A stretch of DNA of 32,000 nt from Candidatus Pacearchaeota archaeon UBA92 (GCA_002497285.1 DANJ01000001.1:1-32000); one strand, 5' to 3'. Shown: positions 1 to 6,712, counted from the stretch's first letter. The notes: a model not told the origin generated them from the sequence alone. A program made the numbers and translations.

Positions 1-93
1 AACCTGTGTTTCCATTTTTATCTCCACGCGAAGCGCGTTGTCGTGCTCCGCAAAGTTTATTTACGTGAGAAAGCTACCACTACAAATGTTGTT

Positions 94-123
94 CAGGGAG
101 CAGCAACTTGCTCTCCCTGTTTT
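94..123 (+). other. Stem-loop followed by T4 (possible terminator or piece of a structured RNA)
   Basis: cagggag(c)agc-aactt-gct-ctccctg at 94-119 (10 bp, one bulge), then tttt at 120-123. Local G+C is visibly above the flanks. Confidence 0.3.
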
Positions 124-148
124 ATATTTATTTTAGTAGAAATAATTA

Positions 149-191
149 CCGCAATTCATTCATTGGCTTGAAAGCCAAGGATTTCTTGCGG
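149..191. other. 43-nt two-tier hairpin in the spacer 3' of the RPA-like gene
   Basis: ccgcaa (149-154) pairs with ttgcgg (186-191). Inner ttggct (163-168) pairs with agccaa (173-178) around a tgaa tetraloop. No tRNA T-loop and no C/D boxes. Confidence 0.3.
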
Positions 192-198
192 AAGGATT

Positions 199-206
199 AA
201 AAAAAA
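199..206 (-). terminator. Oligo-T tract (T8 on the minus strand) 10 nt after the stop of the RPA-like gene
   Basis: A8 run on the + strand at 199-206. Archaeal intrinsic termination uses oligo-T tracts. Confidence 0.4.
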
Positions 207-215
207 TCTAGATTT

Positions 216-1100
216 TTATATCTTCGCTTCTAATTCCTTAATGACTTCAACAACGTTCACATCTTCAACATTATTCATGATTAACTCCGGCCTACTAAAG
301 AATTGATTAGTCCTTACATTGCCAATAAAATGCTTTTCCTCACCCAACAAATTAGTCTTCTTGCCCTCAAATTTCTCAAGTTCAAATATTTCCTCATTAG
401 TAAACCCGAGCTTCTTTATATCCTCTCCAAATAAAACTGCTCGGATAGTATCACTCCCATCATCCAAAACCAAATTCAACAATGCCCTCTTTTCTCCAGA
501 CTTTTTATCATCAAAATACTTAGGCTCAAAAATTTGCATAATGATTGCCCTCAATTTAACATCTTGCCCAACCTTTACTTCGCTAATCCTACTTTCCATT
601 ATAGTTCTCTTTTCAACAATATTATCTATTTTTTCCTTACTCTTTTTTATATCCGAAAAAGCAGATAAATGTAAATCTCCATTCCTGACACTTCCATTGC
701 TTATTTCAACAACATCTCCTTCCTTTATCTGTCCCTTCTCAATTAATTCAATATGGTGTGTGTCCCACAAAGCAACCCTTATAGTAGAACTGTCATCAGA
801 AAGAACAAAACTAGCTATCTTTCCCTCTCTCCCATTTTTGTTAAATTCCCTTACAGGAAAAAGGGTTGTAATTTTTCCTAAAACATTTGCTTTCTTCATA
901 CCTTGCAATAATTCTGAAATCTTCATTCTTTCATTATCAAAAACAATTCCTAATTCTGCAGCAACTATTTGTGCAGCACCTTCCTTACTTATCAAACCAG
1001 ACAACTTTGCCCTCTTGGCTTCAATCTTCCTCTCAATCTCTACCCTCTCAACACCAGAAGATCTGGAAATCCTATCAAGAAGTTGTTCATAGTTATCCAT
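216..1100 (-). CDS. Replication protein A-like ssDNA-binding protein (two OB-fold repeats)
   Basis: 294 aa. An N-terminal helical region (RISRSSGVERVEIERKIEAKRAKLSGLISKEGAAQIVAAELGI) is followed by two OB-like repeats (ANVLGKITTLFPVREF..IASFVLSDDSSTIRVALWD and VKLRAIIMQIFEP..LLNLVLDDGSDTIRAVLFG), as in archaeal RPA/RFA. A TATA box lies 24.5 nt upstream. Confidence 0.6.
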   Translation of the reverse strand: MDNYEQLLDRISRSSGVERVEIERKIEAKRAKLSGLISKEGAAQIVAAELGIVFDNERMKISELLQGMKKANVLGKITTLFPVREFNKNGREGKIASFVLSDDSSTIRVALWDTHHIELIEKGQIKEGDVVEISNGSVRNGDLHLSAFSDIKKSKEKIDNIVEKRTIMESRISEVKVGQDVKLRAIIMQIFEPKYFDDKKSGEKRALLNLVLDDGSDTIRAVLFGEDIKKLGFTNEEIFELEKFEGKKTNLLGEEKHFIGNVRTNQFFSRPELIMNNVEDVNVVEVIKELEAKI

Positions 1101-1120
1101 TCGCTTTTCTAGATAAAGCC

Positions 1121-1128
1121 ATTTAAAA
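1121..1128 (-). promoter_or_regulatory. TATA box for the RPA-like gene (leaderless spacing)
   Basis: Minus-strand ttttaaat. Its centre is 24.5 nt from ATG 1100. Confidence 0.45.
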
Positions 1129-1157
1129 GAATTGCTATACTAAACTGATTGAAAATA

Positions 1158-1165
1158 TTTATAAA
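1158..1165 (+). promoter_or_regulatory. TATA box for aEF-1beta (leaderless spacing)
   Basis: tttataaa preceded by the purine-rich gaaaata. Its centre is 25.5 nt from ATG 1187. Confidence 0.45.
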
Positions 1166-1186
1166 GCCCTAATAGTAAACTCTTTC

Positions 1187-1462
1187 ATGTCAAGTCAAGT
1201 AGCAATGATAGTAAAATTAATGCCCTCTTCACCAGACGTGGACCTTAAAGAAATCGAAGGCATTGCAAAAACCACTCTAGAAAGTAATGGCGCTCAAAAT
1301 ATCTCTTTTGAAGAAAAGCCTGTAGCATTTGGACTGAATGCAATATACATAAAATTCGCATGGCCAGAGGAAAAATCAACAGACATGGTAGAATCAGTAT
1401 TATCTGAAATTGAAAACGTTTCCTCTGTTAGCATAGAGGACTACAGAAGGGCTTTCGGATAA
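1187..1462 (+). CDS. ef1b: Translation elongation factor aEF-1 beta
   Basis: 91 aa. VKLMPSSPDVDL..., ...EEKPVAFGLNAI... and ...VSSVSIEDYRR match the pattern of archaeal EF-1beta (for example KVMPESPDVDL .. EPIAFGL .. V.DVRR). Confidence 0.85.
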   Translation: MSSQVAMIVKLMPSSPDVDLKEIEGIAKTTLESNGAQNISFEEKPVAFGLNAIYIKFAWPEEKSTDMVESVLSEIENVSSVSIEDYRRAFG

Positions 1463-1848
1463 AATGCCCAGAAACTTATACTTCCTCCCAAAATACCCAT
1501 AAACAAATCACCTAATGTATCTTCTAATCCTATCTGTAAGTTTGAATTACTAAGAATATCAATCGAAAATTCAAAAAACTCCCAAAATACTGCAACTAAA
1601 GACACTACAGATACAACAAAAACAAACAAAATAAAAAGATTTGTTTTTCCAAGCATTTTATTCTTAAGCATGATTTTACCCATAGCCATAGCACTTAAAG
1701 CAATAGAAGCCCCTCCAAGAAAATGCATTGGAATATCTATCCAAACATATTTTTCATAAAGCCCTATAGGAGCAATAACTAAGTGAATAATGAAAACTAT
1801 TATTGGATACATCATAATCCTTACAAAATCATTAAACGTTAGCTTCAT
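1441..1848 (-). CDS. Small polytopic membrane protein, unknown function
   Basis: About 135 aa with 4 hydrophobic helices and a WEFFEFSID...LEDTLGDLFMGILGG motif. The track start at 1851 is TTG; the adjacent ATG at 1848 is the likely start. It overlaps the ef1b 3' end convergently by 22 nt. Confidence 0.5.
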   Translation of the reverse strand: MKLTFNDFVRIMMYPIIVFIIHLVIAPIGLYEKYVWIDIPMHFLGGASIALSAMAMGKIMLKNKMLGKTNLFILFVFVVSVVSLVAVFWEFFEFSIDILSNSNLQIGLEDTLGDLFMGILGGSISFWAFYPKALL

Positions 1849-1866
1849 CAAAAGACAAACAAATAA

Positions 1867-1874
1867 TTATATAA
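1867..1874. promoter_or_regulatory. Shared palindromic TATA box (TTATATAA) between divergent leaderless genes
   Basis: The centre is 26.5 nt from ATG 1897 (+) and 22.5 nt from ATG 1848 (-). The whole intergenic region is 48 bp. Confidence 0.45.
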
Positions 1875-1896
1875 AAACCCTATTATTCCAATACCT

Positions 1897-2505
1897 ATGA
1901 CTCTAACATCAGAACAAATCAAAGAACTGAAAAAACAGCTTTCGGAACAAATTAAGCACTTACCTCCGGAAGAAAAGACAGAAGCACAAAAACAAATAGA
2001 TGAAATGTCTTCCCAAGCATTAGAAACAATGCTTAAACAACAACAATCCGCTTCATCAATATTCAGAAAAATAGTGAGTAAAGAAATACCTTCTAAAATA
2101 ATAGACGAAAGCCCAGATGCTCTCGCCGTGTTAGAAATACGTCCAATATCTAAAGGACATATAATCGTAATTCCAAAAAAAGCAATAAGTGAAGCAAAAG
2201 ATGTCTCTAAAAAAATTCTCGACTTCTCACAAAAGATAGCAGATAAACTTTCAAAAACCCTAAAAATTGAAAAGATAGAAATTCAATCTTCAAGCCAGCT
2301 TGGAGAAGTAATAATCAATCTAATCCCAATCTATGACAAACCATTGGACATAAATTCACCAAGAATACAAGAAGCAGAAGAAGAACTTGAAAAAATTCAC
2401 ACTAAAATAATTTCATTCAAAGAGATAAAAAAAGAAACAAAAGTCGTTAAAAAACCGGTAAAAAAGAAAATCCATATCTTAAAAATAAAAAGACGAATAC
2501 CATAA
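1897..2505 (+). CDS. HIT-fold protein lacking the histidine triad, with a coiled-coil N-terminal extension and a Lys-rich tail
   Basis: SIFRKIVSKEIPSKIIDESPDALAVLEIRPISKGHIIVIPKK aligns with the Hint/HIT N-terminal half (CIFCKII.GEIPA..VYED....AFLDI.P...GH.LV.PKK). HxHxHxx is replaced by EVIINLIPIY. Confidence 0.7.
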   Translation: MTLTSEQIKELKKQLSEQIKHLPPEEKTEAQKQIDEMSSQALETMLKQQQSASSIFRKIVSKEIPSKIIDESPDALAVLEIRPISKGHIIVIPKKAISEAKDVSKKILDFSQKIADKLSKTLKIEKIEIQSSSQLGEVIINLIPIYDKPLDINSPRIQEAEEELEKIHTKIISFKEIKKETKVVKKPVKKKIHILKIKRRIP

Positions 2506-3289
2506 AGGCCATAAGAAAAGAAATAGCAAAGGGCAATCCATCTCTTATTAGGACTTTCTTTCCTATCTTTTTCAAAAGCTGAATTTCATTCTTACTTAAT
2601 CCATCTACCCTATTCTTAATTACACCCTTTCCAGTTTTTATATCTCTAACAATCCAATCTCCCTCTCTCAAATCGCCTGGTTGAGTAAGTTTTATCATGC
2701 ACATCTCATCAACAGTTTTAGCATAAAAATAAAATAAGGGCATTAGCCCTAAAATGAATAGATAAAATCCAAAGAATACGTCTGCCGAATAGAAGAACCA
2801 TATTCCCGCAAAAATTCCTGCAATTAGAAAGCCATACACTAGCAGTTTCTTATTTCCAATCTTCTTTTCAAACGTTTTGGCAAATCCTTTCTTTCCCCTT
2901 ATCAAAAAAGTACTATAAATCAGACTATAAAGAGCCCCAACCATAAAAAGAATAAATATAAACCCGAGGCCTATAAAAAAATAATCCGTATAGCTCTCAA
3001 AGGGTAGAACTGCACCAAGAGCCATTAACAATTTCGCATCTCCGCCCGCAAAAGCCCTGCCATAATAAAACAAAAACCCGAAGCCTATAAAAAATAAAGT
3101 CCCAATCAGTCCATAAACAAAAAACATAGTCTCGTTTTTAGAAATAGAATAAAAAGCCCTATATGCAAGAGCAACTGCAATCAAAGAAAAATTTCCCCAA
3201 TTAGGAATCTCTCTAGTCTTAAAATCGCAAATCGCTGCAAAAATCATCCATACAAAAGCAAGAAAAAAAAGAAAATAATATTCTTCCAT
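2447..3289 (-). CDS. Prepilin/preflagellin peptidase, A24 family (PibD/EppA/FlaK-like)
   Basis: Polytopic. The first catalytic Asp lies in AAICDFKTREIPN and the second in the GxGD motif FAGGDAKLLMALG. A soluble insert (QPGDLREGDWIVRDIKTGKGVIKNRVDGLSKNEIQLLKKIGKKVLIRDGLPFA) precedes the last TM. The track start at 3292 is TTG; ATG at 3289 is the likely start. Confidence 0.8.
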   Translation of the reverse strand: MEEYYFLFFLAFVWMIFAAICDFKTREIPNWGNFSLIAVALAYRAFYSISKNETMFFVYGLIGTLFFIGFGFLFYYGRAFAGGDAKLLMALGAVLPFESYTDYFFIGLGFIFILFMVGALYSLIYSTFLIRGKKGFAKTFEKKIGNKKLLVYGFLIAGIFAGIWFFYSADVFFGFYLFILGLMPLFYFYAKTVDEMCMIKLTQPGDLREGDWIVRDIKTGKGVIKNRVDGLSKNEIQLLKKIGKKVLIRDGLPFAISFLMAFMVFVFLFLRYGFSFLPVF

Positions 3290-3414
3290 CAATTCTTCCC
3301 TTCTTTCACTTCTGTGGCTCTGTATTTACCGCCTTTCTTGTAAACACCTTGTCTCCTCTTACGCTTCTTGTCATTCTTATTCTTTCTTCTTTCAGGATAC
3401 CCATAGTCATTCAT
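3289..3414 (-). CDS. Unannotated 41-aa highly basic small ORF, translationally coupled to the prepilin peptidase
   Basis: My translation is MNDYGYPERRKNKNDKKRKRRQGVYKKGGKYRATEVKEGKN. Its TGA shares the A with the peptidase ATG (TGATG at 3287-3291). A TATA box is centred 25.5 nt upstream of its ATG. Confidence 0.4.
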   Translation of the reverse strand: MNDYGYPERRKNKNDKKRKRRQGVYKKGGKYRATEVKEGKN

Positions 3415-3435
3415 AGAATAAAATAAGAAAACTCC

Positions 3436-3443
3436 TATTTAAA
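3436..3443 (-). promoter_or_regulatory. TATA box (minus-strand tttaaata) for the small-ORF/peptidase transcript
   Basis: Matches the archaeal consensus TTTAWATA. Its centre is 25.5 nt from ATG 3414. Confidence 0.45.
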
Positions 3444-3500
3444 CTTTAATCAATTACCAAATTTACATTTTTTCAACTATCCAAAATAGCACCAATTTAT

Positions 3501-3508
3501 TTATATAA
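3501..3508 (+). promoter_or_regulatory. TATA box (TTATATAA) upstream of a GTG-initiated small ORF
   Basis: Its centre is 25.5 nt from GTG 3530. Confidence 0.35.
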
Positions 3509-3529
3509 CTTATTTACAATAAGATTGGT

Positions 3530-3703
3530 GTGAAAAGGGTAGTTATTTCGGCTTTAGTGACTTCTGCGATAACTTTAACAAGTTGTATAAATCATCAAAG
3601 AGAATTAGAAAATGCTCTTCAGTGCACTATTAGATTACCTGCATTGTTAATTGATGCAACAAATAAACAAAATAATTACAATTTCACAAACCCTAAGACT
3701 TGA
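3530..3703 (+). CDS. Candidate 57-aa small secreted or lipobox-like protein (GTG start), possibly a gene remnant
   Basis: (M)KRVVISALVTSAITLTSCINHQRELENALQCTIRLPALLIDATNKQNNYNFTNPKT. The n-region, h-region and LTSC resemble a lipobox. An in-frame TGA at 3701 is followed by 33 more open codons running to TAA at 3803-3805. Confidence 0.25.
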   Translation: MKRVVISALVTSAITLTSCINHQRELENALQCTIRLPALLIDATNKQNNYNFTNPKT

Positions 3704-3827
3704 AAGCATATGAAAATAACCATTGTCCACTACAACCAAATAGATTCTAATCAGGATTATTTAATAACTCATCAAGAAATGCAAGATTATTTGTCTTCAA
3801 ACTAACACAATTACACCTTAATAAAAC

Positions 3828-3835
3828 ATATAAAT
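3828..3835 (+). promoter_or_regulatory. TATA box for gmhA-like gene
   Basis: atataaat. Its centre is 23.5 nt from ATG 3855. Confidence 0.4.
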
Positions 3836-3854
3836 CTCACATCTATCTAAACTC

Positions 3855-4445
3855 ATGAACCAAGATATTACAAAACAAAACGCCCAAGAATTAACAAAAA
3901 CCATTTCTCAGATAGACCATCAAAAAATAGAACAAATAGCAAAACTAATTAAAAACACAATTTACAATTCAGAAACAAAAACCAAAACAGGTAAAAAATT
4001 AATCCTCTGTGGAAATGGTGGTTCAGCCTCTCAAGCAGACCACATGATGGGAGAGTTGATAGGTAGATATAAAGAAGACAGGACTCCATTCCCATGTCTA
4101 AATCTAGCCGCATCCTCGTCTACATCCACTTGCATTTCTAATGACTACGGACAGGAACACATATTCAGAAGAGCCCTTGAAGCACTTGGAGAAAAAGACG
4201 ACATTCTAATCGCATTAACAACATCAGGATACTCAAAAAATGTAAACTCTGCAGTAGAACAAGCAAAGAAAATGGGAATAAAGGTTATTTCATTATTGGG
4301 AAAAGATGGCGGTCCATTGAAAGGACAAGGAGATTACGAAATAATTATCCCAAGCAATTCAACAGCAAGAATTCAGGAATGCCATATCTTCATTCTGCAT
4401 TGCATCTGTGATTACTTAGAAAAATGGGCCTTGGAAAGTAATTAG
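3855..4445 (+). CDS. gmhA: SIS-domain phosphoheptose isomerase (GmhA-like)
   Basis: 196 aa. LILCGNGGSASQADHMMGELIGRY, ..ALTTSGYSKNV.. and ..IQECHIFILHCI follow the GmhA/SIS pattern (CGNGGS...A.H...EL, STSG.S.N). Confidence 0.75.
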   Translation: MNQDITKQNAQELTKTISQIDHQKIEQIAKLIKNTIYNSETKTKTGKKLILCGNGGSASQADHMMGELIGRYKEDRTPFPCLNLAASSSTSTCISNDYGQEHIFRRALEALGEKDDILIALTTSGYSKNVNSAVEQAKKMGIKVISLLGKDGGPLKGQGDYEIIIPSNSTARIQECHIFILHCICDYLEKWALESN

Positions 4446-4744
4446 CATACAAAATCAGAACAGCCCAGTTCACAAGTTTCAGTTCCTGTATCCTTGCAAA
4501 CATAACTAAATTCAGAAATTGTCACATTTGCACAACAATAAGCCTTCTTATTTCCATCCAAGCAAGAAGTCAAACAATCTTTCTCAAAATTTTTATACTC
4601 TAAGCTATCTAAAGCACTGCCTGTATCCTTCTTGAAAATTTCGAATCCTTGATTAAGAAATAAAATTAGCCCTATGAGAACAAATACTGCAATTACTAAA
4701 ATAACTATGGTTGAAATGCTTAAATCCAATCCGCCTCTTTTCAT
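4442..4744 (-). CDS. Pilin-like protein with class III signal peptide and Cys-rich C-terminal domain (8 Cys)
   Basis: MKRG|GLDLSISTIVILVIAVFVLIGLILF, then 8 Cys in the last 45 residues, including the C-terminal residue. The track start at 4759 is TTG. ATG 4744 has its own TATA 26.5 nt upstream. Confidence 0.6.
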   Translation of the reverse strand: MKRGGLDLSISTIVILVIAVFVLIGLILFLNQGFEIFKKDTGSALDSLEYKNFEKDCLTSCLDGNKKAYCCANVTISEFSYVCKDTGTETCELGCSDFVC

Positions 4745-4766
4745 TCTTAAAAAAATCAAAACTTCC

Positions 4767-4774
4767 TTATATAA
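4767..4774 (-). promoter_or_regulatory. TATA box (TTATATAA) for the last Cys-rich pilin-like gene
   Basis: Lies 4 nt after the upstream stop codon (4779-4781). Its centre is 26.5 nt from ATG 4744. Confidence 0.4.
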
Positions 4775-4778
4775 TTAA

Positions 4779-5225
4779 CTACTGACCTGTTCCGCCTTGT
4801 GCTGGAGGTACAGGAATATCCACGCACTTTCCATCAGTAGGATTCCATTCTTTATTAGGCACAGTACAATACTCTGCATGCTTTATTCCAGTATCTCCAC
4901 ATAAACTACCACAAGAGTTTATACCCAATTCCGAAACAGTGGAAAGTTCATAACAGTTTCCGGAAAACGCAGTTCCTAATTCTCCAATCTTCTGCTCTAC
5001 TTTAACATCCCTCAAAGAAACACAGAAGTCATATACAGATTCCGTCGAACATGCAACTTCACACTTATTCGCAACATCCTTTACATTATTCGCTGGCTTG
5101 ATAAAGGGCAAAACCTTAGTCCATCCAACAGTAAATCCTATTATGACAAAAACCAAAACCAACACTGCAAGAATAATAAGAATTATCGCATTTATTGATA
5201 ACCCCTGTCCCCTTTTATTAAACAT
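4779..5225 (-). CDS. Pilin-like protein with class III signal peptide and Cys-rich ectodomain (8 Cys)
   Basis: MFNKRG|QGLSINAIILIILAVLVLVFVIIGF, then KCEVAC..FC..NC..SC..LC..YC..KC and a PVPPAQGGTGQ tail. It has its own TATA 25.5 nt upstream. Confidence 0.65.
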   Translation of the reverse strand: MFNKRGQGLSINAIILIILAVLVLVFVIIGFTVGWTKVLPFIKPANNVKDVANKCEVACSTESVYDFCVSLRDVKVEQKIGELGTAFSGNCYELSTVSELGINSCGSLCGDTGIKHAEYCTVPNKEWNPTDGKCVDIPVPPAQGGTGQ

Positions 5226-5246
5226 AATCCTCTAAACAGAAAGAGA

Positions 5247-5254
5247 TTTATAAA
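5247..5254 (-). promoter_or_regulatory. Internal TATA box (TTTATAAA) for the 148-aa Cys-rich pilin-like gene
   Basis: Its centre is 25.5 nt from ATG 5225. GAGG also lies 4 nt upstream of the ATG. Confidence 0.4.
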
Positions 5255-5263
5255 CATTTCCAA

Positions 5264-5857
5264 TTATTTTTTATCAGCAATCTTACCCTTTTTCTTCTTC
5301 AAGTAGGCAAGAATGATTATTAAAATTATTATTCCTGCTAAACCCCATCCACTTGTAATAGTTTCATACATTAATAATAATACATCTCCCGAAACACCAG
5401 AAGGAATAAAATCATAAGGCTCTGCATATAATCTCAAAACAAACCACAAGACCACTAAAACAACTCCTGCTCCAATTCCTCCAAGCCCATCAAATGCAAC
5501 CTTTACCAAAAGAATTCCACCAATTAAAAACGCAAACAAAATCACCCAAATTCCAATTTCAGAACCAAAATAAGAATAGAAAACATCCGTCTGTGCAATT
5601 GAAAATGCGATAATCAAAGAAATAATTCCAGAAATCGCCATCATCGTCCCCCTATTCTCTTTAATACTTTCAACCCTGCCTAAAGACAAAACCATAATTG
5701 CAAAGAAAAGAAGAAAAATAATCGCAAACCTCAGCCACGGATTATTAGCTAAATCTTCAAAGATAAATCGTGCATCTTGTGCAGCTACAGTTGGAACTAA
5801 CATCATTCCCAAAATAACTGACAAACTGATTTTTCTCATCTTAAATCTGCTGGACAT
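5264..5857 (-). CDS. Secreted-signal plus 4-TM membrane protein, fourth member of the local 4-TM paralog family
   Basis: Sec-type signal MRKISLSVILGMMLVPTVAAQDA (the alternative start ATG 5839 sits 1 nt after the upstream stop). The core FAIIFLLFFAIMVLSLGRVESIKENRGTMMAISGIISLIIAF has the same layout as ORFs 16955-18587. Confidence 0.55.
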   Translation of the reverse strand: MSSRFKMRKISLSVILGMMLVPTVAAQDARFIFEDLANNPWLRFAIIFLLFFAIMVLSLGRVESIKENRGTMMAISGIISLIIAFSIAQTDVFYSYFGSEIGIWVILFAFLIGGILLVKVAFDGLGGIGAGVVLVVLWFVLRLYAEPYDFIPSGVSGDVLLLMYETITSGWGLAGIIILIIILAYLKKKKGKIADKK

Positions 5858-6689
5858 TTGTCTGTGCCCGTGCCTTTTTCCTGAATTGCCAATAGAAAGC
5901 GATTATTGCAATAAGGATATACCTTGGCCAGGTGTCAATGCCAAAATAACTGTTCACAAACAATATATCAAGGATCTCTCTCATTCCAGAGACAAATTCG
6001 GCGATGTTGGGCAATGCCAGGATTAATGATATCAGGCCCAAAAGCTTTCCGACTAGCCCTTTCTTAAAGAATAAAAGGGCAGCTATCACTAATAAGGCAA
6101 ATCCTGTAATAACAACACCAAGAGTTTCAAAATAAACTTCCAGCAGGTAGATTCCTGCAGTAACTATCGCGAACAGAAGGAATTTGACTACAACAGACCC
6201 TCTCCTGACAGTAGAATATCCAGTTTTACCAGTCCATTTGGCTGCCTGCCCTGCCCCGCTAACCATATCACCATAACTCAACAAATCTTCTCTCTTTCTT
6301 CCGATGAACAAATAGTAAAGAAGAAGTATGGCTAAGGCTGATGATCTGGCTATCCAATAGCTTACCATAAAATCTTCAAATAAAGAGATTGGAAGATATG
6401 ACAATGCAAGTATAAGGGATCCTACACCGACAAGTATCTTGTTCAGCATGCTGTTGGAAAATAAGAAAATAAATCCCACAACTGCCAGAAGTGCTGATGA
6501 AACATACCAATAATCATTTACCTTATAAAGATCAAGGGACACTAAGAGGACAAAGAGGACAAACAAAAGCGAGGCCTTGAGCCAGTGTTTTTTGACCTGT
6601 TGTGTCCCTGTTGCATAGCCGGTCTGAACACCACTTTTAGTGCCACGAAGAATAGGGCTGTCCTCCGTTGTGGGCCTGAAGAAGCTCAT
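5841..6689 (-). CDS. Polytopic membrane protein (about 8 TM), compositional outlier inside the pilin operon
   Basis: 282 aa. It has a GAGGG Shine-Dalgarno at 6698-6702, 8 nt from the ATG. Six 60-nt lines counted by hand give 24-31 G+C, against 17-19 in neighbouring genes. Confidence 0.6.
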   Translation of the reverse strand: MSFFRPTTEDSPILRGTKSGVQTGYATGTQQVKKHWLKASLLFVLFVLLVSLDLYKVNDYWYVSSALLAVVGFIFLFSNSMLNKILVGVGSLILALSYLPISLFEDFMVSYWIARSSALAILLLYYLFIGRKREDLLSYGDMVSGAGQAAKWTGKTGYSTVRRGSVVVKFLLFAIVTAGIYLLEVYFETLGVVITGFALLVIAALLFFKKGLVGKLLGLISLILALPNIAEFVSGMREILDILFVNSYFGIDTWPRYILIAIIAFYWQFRKKARAQTNVQQI

Positions 6690-6712
6690 TATCTATTCCC
6701 TCTTTTATTCAT

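Noticed and set aside
94-119. SRP-RNA helix-8-like string (GGGAGCAGCAAC)
   Set aside because: The segment folds on itself as a simple hairpin. No GNAR tetraloop, partner strand or 5'/3' SRP domains are present in the visible sequence.
1-168. Open + strand frame running from the window edge to TGA at 166-168
   Set aside because: The translation (..HAKRVVVLRKVYLREKATTTNVVQGAATCSPCFIFILVEIITAIHSLA) has no recognisable features. The region is dominated by hairpins and an AT box, so there is too little evidence to call a CDS end.
149-191. tRNA or C/D-box sRNA
   Set aside because: There is no acceptor/T-arm geometry and no GTTCRAATC-like T-loop. The loop is a tetraloop rather than a 7-nt anticodon loop. 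There are no RTGATGA or CTGA boxes on either strand.
319-1092. 257-aa + strand ORF entirely inside the RPA-like gene
   Set aside because: It is an antisense shadow ORF. The product is low-complexity and rich in S/L/F/I, with no start context. The opposite strand has recognisable OB-fold repeats and a correctly spaced TATA box.
3262-3270. Homopolymer runs (A8-A9 at 3262-3270, 6713-6720, 18594-18600) as frameshift or phase-variation sites
   Set aside because: The run at 3262-3270 lies in an intact reading frame with a sensible product. The others are intergenic and are better explained as oligo-T terminators or initiator regions in an AT-rich genome.
3701-3703. Possible TGA recoding or read-through joining two small frames
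   Set aside because: TGA terminates well-supported genes in this window (DP1 at 30936-30938, the GTPase at 23815-23817, the 41-aa ORF at 3289-3291). No SECIS-like context was seen. A pseudogene or two small ORFs is the simpler reading.
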